Positions 8,421 through 17,243 of a stretch of DNA of 26,314 nucleotides are shown one piece after another. A program made the translations under genes and the position numbers. The stretch is from the NCBI GenBank assembly GCA_017614625.1, contig JAGABK010000068.1, forward strand, positions 1-26,314, given 5' to 3'. Source of the stretch: Spirochaetales bacterium. Its GTDB lineage: Bacteria; Spirochaetota; Spirochaetia; Sphaerochaetales; Sphaerochaetaceae. Below the pieces are notes generated by a model. That model did not search any database. It was not told where the DNA came from and saw nothing but the letters and a program-made list of their open reading frames with translations. The first letter of the stretch is position 1; every line of letters starts with the position of its first letter.

Positions 8421-9158
8421 TCAGCCTATCAGCATCGACGCCGCGTCGTCGTCTATGAACAGATACCACTGCGGGTGCGTCTTGAGCAGCGTGGCGGGAA
8501 CCATATTGTTCACTTTCTGCGTTATAGTGTCATAGACGGCTTTGGCTTTGACCTTGTGGGGCACGACGGACACTATGGCCCTACACGCCATGATCTGCTT
8601 CGGGAGCATCGAGATGGCCTGTTTCGGGACATCGTCCTCCGTTGCGAACCAGCCCTCGCCCACCTGCTGCATGCGGCACTTGTGGTCCAGGTTCACGACC
8701 CTGTAGGCCTCGGTCGCATCGAAGTCCGCCGGCGGGTCGTTGAACGCGATGTGCCCGTTCTCGCCTATTCCGATCAGACCCACATCGACCTCCTCGCTGC
8801 GCAGGGCCTTTGTGAGTTCCTCAATGTTGGCCTTCACATCGCCTTCTCCGTTGACGAAATGTGCCGCAGCCGGATGGACGATGTTGACGAACCTCTCCTT
8901 CAGATACTTGCGGAACGATGCGATGTGGCTCTCCGGAAGACCCACGTACTCGTCCAGATGGAACATCTCGACCCTGGACCAGTCCACGTCGAGCTTCACC
9001 AGGGCCTCGAACATCTCGAACTGGCTTGCACCGGTCGACAGAATGATCCTGGCATGTCCCTTACTTGCTATGGCTTCATTGATGAGCTGGGCGGCCTTGA
9101 TTGCCGCCTTGCGTCCGTTCTCCGCTGCTATGGCGGAAACAGAAATGTTGATGTTCAT
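8421..9158 (-). CDS. nagB: Glucosamine-6-phosphate deaminase family protein (NagB/6PGL family), 245 aa
   Basis: ATG 9158 with SD GAGGTG. Motifs LSTGASQ, FHLDEYVGL, GIGENGHIAFNDPP, PATLLKTHP. It sits directly downstream of nagA. Confidence 0.8.
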   Translation of the reverse strand: MNINISVSAIAAENGRKAAIKAAQLINEAIASKGHARIILSTGASQFEMFEALVKLDVDWSRVEMFHLDEYVGLPESHIASFRKYLKERFVNIVHPAAAHFVNGEGDVKANIEELTKALRSEEVDVGLIGIGENGHIAFNDPPADFDATEAYRVVNLDHKCRMQQVGEGWFATEDDVPKQAISMLPKQIMACRAIVSVVPHKVKAKAVYDTITQKVNNMVPATLLKTHPQWYLFIDDDAASMLIG

Positions 9159-9165
9159 ATTCACC

Positions 9166-10320
9166 TCACAGAACGGCATTGCCGTCCACATAAACCTGTT
9201 TTATTCCGATGTTGCCGTCACAGACCACAAGGTCCGCGCGTTTTCCCGCCTCTATGGATCCGATCTCCCCGTCCAGACCGGCCAGAGCAGCCGGCTGCAG
9301 GCACAGTATCCTCGAGACCTCGTCCAGTCCGAGCCCCATGATGCAGTGGAGCGTCCTTGCCAGCCTGTCTCCGGTGGCCACGCTTCCCGCGAAACAGGAC
9401 CGGTCGGTGAGCTTCGCGATCCCGCCCTCTATTATGCACGGCATGCCGTTGTTCTTCGGACCCAGCACCGACGGCCCTTCGGGCATACCGGCACCTCTCA
9501 TGCTGTCGGAGCATGCGGTGATCCTGCCGTGGTCCTTGAGCTTGAAGATCATCCTCAGAAGGTCGGGCGGAAGGTGCAGTCCGTCGCAGATAAGCTCCAC
9601 GTTCATTCCGTCAATCAGATACCCGCTCTCAACTGCGCCCAGGATGCGGAAGCCTCCCCTTCTCGTGATCGTACTCATGCCGCTGTAGAAATGGGTAAGC
9701 ATGTTCAGGCCGTGGTCATAGGCCTCGGAAACCACATCGTATGTGGCAGCCGTGTGCGCCGCGGAGACCAGGATTCCGTGTGCGACCATGTCGTCGATGA
9801 AGCGCATGGCACCCGGAAGCTCCGGGGCCACGGACCATCTTCCCACAAGACCTCCGGCGGCCTCCAGCATGCGGTTGTAATGCTCCGGCTCGGGGTTGCG
9901 TATGTAACGGGGGTTCTGGGCGCCCTTCATCTCCATGTCGAAGTACGGTCCCTCGAGATGAAGAGCAGGCATCTTCGCACACAACGGCAGCCTGTTCTGC
10001 GCCTGTTCCCTGTGAATCTGCTTGAAATTCTCAAAGAAGGCCATCATTTCATCATCGGAACTGGTGAGCGTGGTCGGAAAGCAGGTCGTGGTCCCGTGCT
10101 TTGCGAGGCTCTGTGCTGCGCCCGTGATGTCGGATGCCGCGCCGTCCATGAAATCGAAACCGCCGCTTCCGTGCGTGTGCAGGTCCACGAATCCGGGCAT
10201 GATGAAACACTCCGGTTCCGGACACGGATGCTCCTTTATCCCGGTGATTCTTCCGTTCTCAAATGCGAGGGTTCCGCTGATTATCCTGTCCTTCAGGACT
10301 ATCTTTCCTTTGAGCTCCAT
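9166..10320 (-). CDS. nagA: N-acetylglucosamine-6-phosphate deacetylase, 384 aa
   Basis: Amidohydrolase motifs PGFVDLHTHG, LHLEGPY, AHT, THFYSGMS, ICDGLHLPP, SDSM, AGS, G.IEAGKRADLV. Confidence 0.93.
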   Translation of the reverse strand: MELKGKIVLKDRIISGTLAFENGRITGIKEHPCPEPECFIMPGFVDLHTHGSGGFDFMDGAASDITGAAQSLAKHGTTTCFPTTLTSSDDEMMAFFENFKQIHREQAQNRLPLCAKMPALHLEGPYFDMEMKGAQNPRYIRNPEPEHYNRMLEAAGGLVGRWSVAPELPGAMRFIDDMVAHGILVSAAHTAATYDVVSEAYDHGLNMLTHFYSGMSTITRRGGFRILGAVESGYLIDGMNVELICDGLHLPPDLLRMIFKLKDHGRITACSDSMRGAGMPEGPSVLGPKNNGMPCIIEGGIAKLTDRSCFAGSVATGDRLARTLHCIMGLGLDEVSRILCLQPAALAGLDGEIGSIEAGKRADLVVCDGNIGIKQVYVDGNAVL

Positions 10321-10327
10321 GGCCCCG

Positions 10328-10336
10328 ATTATAGCA
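10328..10336 (-). promoter_or_regulatory. Extended -10 promoter of nagA-nagB, probably leaderless
   Basis: Minus strand perfect TGnTATAAT (TGCTATAAT), 7 nt before ATG 10320; no SD. Confidence 0.7.
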
Positions 10337-10377
10337 CATTTCCGACGCTTCTTTCCAATTCCGAAGCCGAACCCCTA

Positions 10378-10405
10378 TTGTTTTTAATGATCTTTATGAT
10401 AGAAT
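10378..10405 (+). promoter_or_regulatory. Putative sigma70 promoter of the ABC operon
   Basis: TTGTTT (10378-10383), 16-nt spacer, extended -10 TGATAGAAT (10397-10405). SD GGAGG lies downstream, before ATG 10442. Confidence 0.5.
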
Positions 10406-10441
10406 TACCAAGCAATAGCATTTAATAGGAGGCTATATAAA

Positions 10442-11434
10442 ATGAAGAAAGCATTAGCAGTTCTTTTGATGCTGGCCGCTGTGTTCACAGTTTTCGCACA
10501 GGGCGCGGCAGAAGCAGATGCAGCTCAGGGCGCAAAGACCGAGAAGATGGAGTTGTACATCTACACAGGTGGAACAATCGATGAGTGTCAGGCTCTTATC
10601 GACGCATTCAATGTCAAGTATCCGAACGTAAAGTGCCAGATGGTGCAGGACAAGTCCGCCAACATCCCCACCAGAATCATCAACGGAGAGGAAGCGGATG
10701 TGATCATCCTTATCGCAAAGGAAAACCTCGATTCCATCCTCGACTACTATGTTCCCTACAAGACCGCTAACGATGCGCTGGTCGAAGATGTGTACAAGGA
10801 TTCGGAGTACAGGTATTATTCGATTTCCATGCCCCTGCAGACAATCATGTACAACACGGAAGAGGTCAAGGGCGACATGATTCCGAAGTCATGGTTTGAT
10901 CTTGCAGATCCCAAGTACAAGGGTCACATCGTTCTGACAAGCCCCTCGACCGGAAGCGGATATGCCCAGCTCTATATGCTCTACAAGCTTTCCGGAGACA
11001 ATCTCGAGCTTGCAAAGAAGATTGCAGAGAACGGAACGACATACCTTCCGGATTCAACGACAGGTCCTGCCGCTGTTGAAAGAGGAGAGTTCTGGTTCAC
11101 TCTCACAGGAGAGAAGAACGTCGCCACAGCCATGGCAAAAGGCAGTCCCGTCAACTATCTCTATCCTGAAGAGGGAACAGGCCGCAGAGTCGAAGGTGCC
11201 GGAATCATCAAGAACGGAAAGAACCTTGAAGCCGCAAAGCTCTTCATGGACTGGCTGACAAGCACAGACGGTGCGGAGACTCTCAGAAGCCTGGGAAGAA
11301 GATCCGTTTCCTCTGCAGTCGCAGGTCCCGACTATCTGCCCGCACTCAACGAAATCAACTTCTTCGAGTACAACGACGCAGAAGCCGCTTCAATCAAGAA
11401 GGCTCTTCAGGCAGAGTTCAACACATATCTCTGA
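10442..11434 (+). CDS. ABC transporter solute-binding protein, FbpA/AfuA family, 330 aa
   Basis: Signal peptide MKKALAVLLMLAAVFTVFAQG. Motifs IPKSWFDLADPKYKGHI, VERGE, YPEEGTG, IIKNGKNLEAAKLFMDWLTS. Confidence 0.88.
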   Translation: MKKALAVLLMLAAVFTVFAQGAAEADAAQGAKTEKMELYIYTGGTIDECQALIDAFNVKYPNVKCQMVQDKSANIPTRIINGEEADVIILIAKENLDSILDYYVPYKTANDALVEDVYKDSEYRYYSISMPLQTIMYNTEEVKGDMIPKSWFDLADPKYKGHIVLTSPSTGSGYAQLYMLYKLSGDNLELAKKIAENGTTYLPDSTTGPAAVERGEFWFTLTGEKNVATAMAKGSPVNYLYPEEGTGRRVEGAGIIKNGKNLEAAKLFMDWLTSTDGAETLRSLGRRSVSSAVAGPDYLPALNEINFFEYNDAEAASIKKALQAEFNTYL

Positions 11435-11455
11435 TTGCAAGACACAATCCTTCAT

Positions 11456-11490
11456 CGGGGCTGCCTGCCTGGCGGGCGGCCCTGTTTTTT
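11456..11490 (+). terminator. Intra-operon terminator/stabilising hairpin after the SBP gene
   Basis: Stem GGGCTGCCTGC/GCGGGCGGCCC (with G-U pairs) followed by TGTTTTTT. This arrangement is typical for producing excess SBP over ATPase and permease. Confidence 0.7.
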
Positions 11491-11530
11491 CCCAACCACC
11501 AATCATACCGACTAGGAGAAACTACTTCTT

Positions 11531-12652
11531 ATGAGCAAGAACGTAAGATATGAGAATGTAAACAAGATTTTCGGACTTGGAACCAAGAACGAGGTCCATG
11601 CCCTCAAAGACATTTCCTTCACCATCAACGAAGGAGAGCTGTTCTGTCTTCTCGGACCTTCCGGCTGCGGAAAGACAACTCTTCTGAGAAACACTGCAGG
11701 ACTGGACACCATCACTTCGGGAAAAATGTTTTACGGCGACGTGGACATCTCCACCATTCCTCCCTACAAGAGGAACATCGGAATGGTCTTCCAGAGCTAT
11801 GCCCTCTACCCGCACATGACGATCTTCGAGAATGTTGCTTACGGTCTCAGGGTCCGCAAGGTTCCAAATGACATCGTGACGAAGAAGGTCACCGAGGTCA
11901 TGGAACTCGTCGGACTGCAGGAGGAACTCAAGAGAAACCCGAGCCCCACCGCCCTTTCCGGCGGACAGCAGCAGCGTGTCGCAATCGCGCGCGCCCTTGT
12001 CTACGATCCGGACGTCCTGCTTCTGGACGAGCCCCTGGCGAACCTCGACGCCAAGCTGCGCCGCTACATGAGAGCCGAGATCCGCAGGATCCAGAAGGCA
12101 ACCAACATCACAACCATCTTCGTAACCCATGACCAGGAAGAGGCCATGGCGGTCGGAGACAGGCTTGCAGTCCTGAGAAAGGGAATCGTCGAGCAGATCG
12201 GAACCTCCGACGAGCTTTACAACCAGCCCAATAACGCTTTCGTGGCGAACTTCATCGGAAAGATGAACTTCTTCAACGCGCACGTGATTGCGTCGAACAA
12301 TGAGGAGACGGTCGCGGAAATAGACAAGACCGGCATAAGGATAGCCATCAAGAAGGAGCGCAGACATGTGGATCCGCTTGTCGGAGACGTGGTCCTGGTC
12401 GGAGGAAGACCCGAATACCTCTCCGTCTCGTCGGAGGATGAGGACGACTCGATTCCGGGAACGGTCAGGATAATCCAGCACCTCGGATCATTCATCCGTT
12501 ATGAAGTGGAGATCAGCGGCGAAATCTCTCCCGTCACTCTGGAGATCGATATGGACAGCTTGCAGAAGAACATCCATGAAGGTGACAAGGTCTATGTCAC
12601 GTTCGACAGGAACAGGGTCGCCCTGTTCTCACCGGAGGGTAGGGATTTATGA
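11531..12652 (+). CDS. ABC transporter ATP-binding subunit (FbpC/AfuC/PotA-like), 373 aa
   Basis: Walker A GPSGCGKTT, Q-loop VFQSYAL, signature LSGGQQQR, Walker B LLLDEP, H-loop VTHDQEEA, C-terminal TOBE-like region. Confidence 0.95.
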   Translation: MSKNVRYENVNKIFGLGTKNEVHALKDISFTINEGELFCLLGPSGCGKTTLLRNTAGLDTITSGKMFYGDVDISTIPPYKRNIGMVFQSYALYPHMTIFENVAYGLRVRKVPNDIVTKKVTEVMELVGLQEELKRNPSPTALSGGQQQRVAIARALVYDPDVLLLDEPLANLDAKLRRYMRAEIRRIQKATNITTIFVTHDQEEAMAVGDRLAVLRKGIVEQIGTSDELYNQPNNAFVANFIGKMNFFNAHVIASNNEETVAEIDKTGIRIAIKKERRHVDPLVGDVVLVGGRPEYLSVSSEDEDDSIPGTVRIIQHLGSFIRYEVEISGEISPVTLEIDMDSLQKNIHEGDKVYVTFDRNRVALFSPEGRDL

Positions 12653-14385
12653 GCAAGAAATACTCCATGATCGAGAATGGAGCGGAGACGAGCAAGATAA
12701 AGAAGTTCTTTCAGAAAGACTTCTCGCAGGTAATCATTTTTGCGATTCCCATGCTGTTCCTTGCCGTGTTCCTGCTCTACCCTATGGGAATTACGCTTCT
12801 CAGGGCATTCTGGAAACCGGCCAGTTACAATTTCAAGTTCACAGGCTGGTCACTCGACGGATTCAGACAGTTCTTCAGGACAAAGCTCTACCTCAAGAGC
12901 CTGCGCAATTCCGTGGTCGTCAGCACATCGGTCACCCTGTTGACCTTGCTGATCGGTGTTCCGATGGGCTATTGTGTCGCCAGGGTCAAGATCCCCGGGA
13001 AAAAGCTTCTTGTATCCCTCGGAATTCTCCCGATCATCATGCCGTCCTTTGTAGGTGCATACACCTGGGTCATCCTTCTTGGAAAAAACGGAATCCTGAG
13101 AGTGGCCCTCAACTGGATCCTGAACCCTTTCGGCATCAAGATTCCCAGCATCTACGGAATGTTCGGAATGATCCTGTGCATGACCCTCACCTACTATCCG
13201 TTCGTGTTCCAGATGGCATACGGTGCATTCTCGGGAGCGAACGCGCTTCTTGAGGAATCGGCCATGCTCATGGGTGCAGGCAAGGCAAGGATCATGAGGA
13301 CGATCACGCTGCCGCTGATCATCCCCTCCCTCGGAGCAGCGGCCCTTCTGGTCTTCGTCAGGGCAATCGGAAACTTCGGTATCCCGGCAGTCATCGGCGG
13401 AAACAATTATGTGCTTCCGACTCTGATCTCATTCGCCTATTCCGGTGACGGAGACATCAATTTCTCTTCGTCAATCGCAGTTCTGAACGTTGCAATTACC
13501 GCAATCGTCCTCTTCGTGCAGAAGTACATCGTCTCCAGACGCGAGTACGAGACAATCTCATCCAGCCACGTCGAAGTGAAACAGCATGAGGGAGTCGGTG
13601 CAAGGGTCTTCGCCATCATCCTGTGCCTGATTGTCCTTATCTTCTCGCTGCTTCCCCAGGTGACCATCATCGTGATGTCGTTCTTCAAGAACTGGACAGG
13701 TCTTCTTCCCACAGGCTTTACTCTTGACAACTACATCTCGATTCCCAGGAAAGCACACAGGGAACTGTTCAATTCGTTCTTCCTATCCATTGTCGCAACC
13801 ATGCTCTGCGCCATCTTCGGTTCGATCCTCGCATACATCACCGAGAGAAAGAAACCCAAGGGAGCGTCTCTGCTGGACCTCTCCATCATGGCTCCGTTCA
13901 TTCTGCCGGGCACGGTTGTTTCCATTGCGCTGATCTCTGCATTCGGCGGAAACAGCGTGTTCAAACTGACAGGAACATATACGATCCTGCTTATCTCCTA
14001 CATGATAAGAAGAACCCCGTATGTCTACCGCTCGGTTGCTGCCAACCTCACCCAGCTGAACCCGTCGCTTGAGGAAGCGAGTACGATAAGCGGCGCGACC
14101 TGGTTCTACACATTCAGGAAAGTCAGCGTGCCTCTCATCATGCCGTCCATCATCTCCGGTTCGGTAATGACTCTCACGACCCTGCTCCAGGAGTTGAGCA
14201 CGACAATCCTTCTCTCCGGAGCAAGAACGAGAACCGTCCCGATCCTTATCTACAATGCGGTTCTTGCGAACAGTCTCGGACAGGCAAGCGCTTTGTCGAC
14301 TGTCCTGCTCATCGTGGTATTCATCATCATTTACGCGATGAACAGCAGAAAGGGAACAAATCTGGCTTCCTCGATGAAGATGTAA
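12649..14385 (+). CDS. ABC transporter permease, fused two-half FbpB/AfuB type, 578 aa
   Basis: About 12 hydrophobic segments and two EAA motifs (LEESAMLMGA, LEEASTISGA). ATGA overlap with the ATPase gene. Confidence 0.93.
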   Translation: MSKKYSMIENGAETSKIKKFFQKDFSQVIIFAIPMLFLAVFLLYPMGITLLRAFWKPASYNFKFTGWSLDGFRQFFRTKLYLKSLRNSVVVSTSVTLLTLLIGVPMGYCVARVKIPGKKLLVSLGILPIIMPSFVGAYTWVILLGKNGILRVALNWILNPFGIKIPSIYGMFGMILCMTLTYYPFVFQMAYGAFSGANALLEESAMLMGAGKARIMRTITLPLIIPSLGAAALLVFVRAIGNFGIPAVIGGNNYVLPTLISFAYSGDGDINFSSSIAVLNVAITAIVLFVQKYIVSRREYETISSSHVEVKQHEGVGARVFAIILCLIVLIFSLLPQVTIIVMSFFKNWTGLLPTGFTLDNYISIPRKAHRELFNSFFLSIVATMLCAIFGSILAYITERKKPKGASLLDLSIMAPFILPGTVVSIALISAFGGNSVFKLTGTYTILLISYMIRRTPYVYRSVAANLTQLNPSLEEASTISGATWFYTFRKVSVPLIMPSIISGSVMTLTTLLQELSTTILLSGARTRTVPILIYNAVLANSLGQASALSTVLLIVVFIIIYAMNSRKGTNLASSMKM

Positions 14386-14402
14386 TCGTTGTCAAATTGC
14401 AG

Positions 14403-14436
14403 AAAAGGCCTGTACCGATCGGTGCAGGCCTTTTTT
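14403..14436. terminator. Bidirectional intrinsic terminator between the permease and the epimerase
   Basis: Stem AAAAGGCCTGTACC/GGTGCAGGCCTTTT (one G-U pair), loop GATC, with A and T tracts on either side. Confidence 0.88.
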
Positions 14437-14438
14437 CT

Positions 14439-15704
14439 TCATCCGAGAAGCTCGCAGATGAGAAGCAGGTTGCGCGTTATATGGAACGGATCCTTGACAG
14501 GAAGGGCCACAACCTTCTCCTGCGGAAGGCCTTCCCTGGTGAGGATCTGAATCCACTCCCCCACATTCCTGTCAGGATTGGGGAAATGTGAGAAAACATA
14601 GTCGAAGGTCCTGTCATGGATATCCAGGAATTCCGGGTCTCCGGTCTTTAGGTAGAACCTCAATGAAGCATACAGGGTCTCGGAATGGACCCACCAGAGC
14701 TTGTCGCCCCACCCGCCTTTGACCAGCGTCACGGTAGGCTCCGGGGAATCGGACTCGAAGACAAGCGGGTCTCCGTCGATGTTCACGAAATGCAGGATGC
14801 CGCCGTACTGCGCATCCCAGCCGGCACTGAACGCGGTCTTCATGATCAGGGCCGCTGCATCGGAAATGTCATTTCTTCCAAGAATTACAGCTGCATCATC
14901 CAGGAACCATGAATCCTCAATGGAATGGCCCGGATTGATATGGTTGCCCAGAAGCCCTGGAACACGGCTGTTGTCGCTTCCTATGACCTCATGGATGAGA
15001 GAAGACCCGTCCCTGAAGTTGTCTATGACATCACAGGCCGTCTTTTCCATGTCGGACAGCAGCCTTGAAGCGAAGGTCCGGTCGAACCTCATGGCCGCAC
15101 AGTGCAGTTCCCTTGCCACGTTGGTGAGTATCATGGGGATTCCGTGGGCCCTGTAGGCGCTTCCCAGAGGATAAGGCAGCGTATTGAACTTTCCGCTCTC
15201 CACCCTTTCGACAACGGAGAGGTAAAGGTTCTTTCCGAAAGCGTAGGCTTCTCCGTCCCCCGATGCGACGGAATAGGCGGCCATGCCGATTATCACGAAG
15301 CAGTCGGCGTAGATGCTCATGTCAAGGGTATCGTATGAACCCACCTTCTTCGGCGTCCCGTCGCGCTCCATCAGGAAAATGCAGCGCCAGTCGTCCTCTC
15401 CCATCAGGCAATGGGAGCGCAGGAACGAGTACCCGGATTCCGCAAGACGCAAGAACTCCTTCCTTTCCTCTTCTGAAAAAAGCGGGGCCTGTGTCGAGGC
15501 GAGCCGTGAGAACATCCAAAGGAAGCGTCCCTGGCTCCAGGTGTACTTGTCATGGGAGACCAGATTCTCACCCCTGTTGTCGAAACAGTTCAGATAACCC
15601 CCGAACTGCCTGTCCTCGCAGCGCGGGAGCCAGAAACCGAGGATGTTCTCCTTCAGTTCCCTTGAGTAGAAATTATACAGCTTCTTCCTGCAGGCCGGTT
15701 CCAT
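14439..15704 (-). CDS. N-acylglucosamine 2-epimerase (AGE family), 421 aa
   Basis: Motifs KYTWSQGRFLW, NPGHSIEDSWF, GWD..YGG, KLWWVHSE, KDPFHITR. Both catalytic-His motifs of AGE-type enzymes are present. Confidence 0.87.
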   Translation of the reverse strand: MEPACRKKLYNFYSRELKENILGFWLPRCEDRQFGGYLNCFDNRGENLVSHDKYTWSQGRFLWMFSRLASTQAPLFSEEERKEFLRLAESGYSFLRSHCLMGEDDWRCIFLMERDGTPKKVGSYDTLDMSIYADCFVIIGMAAYSVASGDGEAYAFGKNLYLSVVERVESGKFNTLPYPLGSAYRAHGIPMILTNVARELHCAAMRFDRTFASRLLSDMEKTACDVIDNFRDGSSLIHEVIGSDNSRVPGLLGNHINPGHSIEDSWFLDDAAVILGRNDISDAAALIMKTAFSAGWDAQYGGILHFVNIDGDPLVFESDSPEPTVTLVKGGWGDKLWWVHSETLYASLRFYLKTGDPEFLDIHDRTFDYVFSHFPNPDRNVGEWIQILTREGLPQEKVVALPVKDPFHITRNLLLICELLG

Positions 15705-15708
15705 CGAC

Positions 15709-17241
15709 TCAGTATCTTGCCCAGCCGGCCTTCACATAGCGGTCGGTTATTTCCCTGACGTAGCCGTTGAACCTTGCGCACTCGTCCGGGTCGTTGGACA
15801 CGATCTCCCAGCGGCACATGGCGTCCTCGCTTCTGGAGATGCGCTGGGCCACCTGGACCCACTTCTTTCCCTCCAGCGAGGAGGAGGCGTCGAACTCAAG
15901 CGGCAGGTTGAACCTCATGAGGCAGGCGTCCAGATCGCTTCCGTCGTCCATTTCCTTGATGACGGTTGCGCCCAAAGAGCGCATCTTCTGCTCGACCTCG
16001 TCCATGAGAAGCGGCATCTTCTCGGGAGCGGCCTCGCAGTAGAGCGGCCATTCCCTTTCCCTGAAGAGCGAGGTCTGCAGCCTGTAGGCCCTCTCGTAGG
16101 CGGCCGGGTCCTCCTTGTAGCACCTTGCGCTCAGGAGGGCGATGAACAGCGTGGACTCTATTGCGGCGAAACCCTTGGAGAAATCGTCCGGGTCGTACGG
16201 GTAGTTCATGTAGTAGTGGGCGGACTCCTCCTCCGCTGCCAGATATCCCCTGTCGCAGTTGTTGCGCAGCTTCTCCTTGATGAACGAATGCCCGTTGCGG
16301 ATGATGTGAACCTTCACCCCGGTCTTCGCAATCTCGCAGAGCGAAAGCGGAATCGCCTTGACATCGGCATAGACATCGGTCTTGGTGCCCTTGAGGATCT
16401 CGATCATCCTGCGGACGATGATGGACATGTTCAGGCCGGGGACAATCTGCTCGCCGTTGGGGGCCATGAGGTCCACACGGTCGCCGTCACCGTCGAAGCA
16501 GAAGCCGAAATCGAAGTTGCCTTCACGCATGGCGACCCTGGCAGGTGCGATGGAGGTCTCGATGATCGGATTCGGGTCGCCCTGGCGGAAGAATCCGTCG
16601 GGCACGACGTTGCGGACCTCGACCTCGGCTCCGGCGCGCTGGAAAGCAAGTGCCATCTCGCTTCCGGCCGATCCGTTGAGGAACTCGAGCATGATCCTGG
16701 TTCCCTTGAGGGTACCCTCCTTCACGCCGGAGAGCTTCATGCAGTAATCGATATAGGACTCGAGGCAGTTGATGATGACCGTCCTGCCGCGGCCGTCGCC
16801 TTCGACGCACGCTCCGCTCTTGTACAGTTCGAGGATCTTCCTGATTCCGCCGGCGGGACCGCATTCCATGGCTATGGAAGAGACCTCGGGAGCCATGAGC
16901 TTGAGGCCGATGTACTCTGCCGGGTTGTGCGAGGCGGTGACCATGATTCCGGCCGCTTCGCGGTACTGCATGCAGGTGTAGTAGAACTGGCATGTGGAGA
17001 TCGGAAGCGGATTGAGATATACGTCCAGGCCGGCCCTGCGGAGCCACAGCTCGAGGCCCTCCGCGATCTCCGGCACGTAAAGGCGCGCGTCACGTCCGAT
17101 CACGACGGCCTTCGCCTTCACGTAGTCCCTGAAATAGAGGGCCACCGCATTGAAGAGGCGGGTCTTGATCTCCGGTGTGAGATTCTTGTATTTCGTCCTG
17201 ACATCGTACTGCTTGAACATCGAGAGGTTGAGGTTTTCCAT
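15709..17241 (-). CDS. Alpha-D-phosphohexomutase (PMM/PGM-like), 510 aa
   Basis: FKQYDVR, phosphoserine loop TASHNP, metal loop FDGDGDR, sugar-binding loop EESAH. Confidence 0.9.
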   Translation of the reverse strand: MENLNLSMFKQYDVRTKYKNLTPEIKTRLFNAVALYFRDYVKAKAVVIGRDARLYVPEIAEGLELWLRRAGLDVYLNPLPISTCQFYYTCMQYREAAGIMVTASHNPAEYIGLKLMAPEVSSIAMECGPAGGIRKILELYKSGACVEGDGRGRTVIINCLESYIDYCMKLSGVKEGTLKGTRIMLEFLNGSAGSEMALAFQRAGAEVEVRNVVPDGFFRQGDPNPIIETSIAPARVAMREGNFDFGFCFDGDGDRVDLMAPNGEQIVPGLNMSIIVRRMIEILKGTKTDVYADVKAIPLSLCEIAKTGVKVHIIRNGHSFIKEKLRNNCDRGYLAAEEESAHYYMNYPYDPDDFSKGFAAIESTLFIALLSARCYKEDPAAYERAYRLQTSLFREREWPLYCEAAPEKMPLLMDEVEQKMRSLGATVIKEMDDGSDLDACLMRFNLPLEFDASSSLEGKKWVQVAQRISRSEDAMCRWEIVSNDPDECARFNGYVREITDRYVKAGWARY

Positions 17242-17243
17242 AA

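Noticed and set aside
10339-10347. TTTCCGACG in the nagA promoter region matching part of the 18-bp repeat (reverse complement)
   Set aside because: A single 9-mer match is within chance expectation for a 26-kb window on both strands.
10375-10418. Imperfect inverted repeat CTATTGTTT...AAGCAATAG flanking the ABC promoter as an operator
   Set aside because: The arms are short and AT-rich with a long spacer, and there is no second copy or local regulator to support it.
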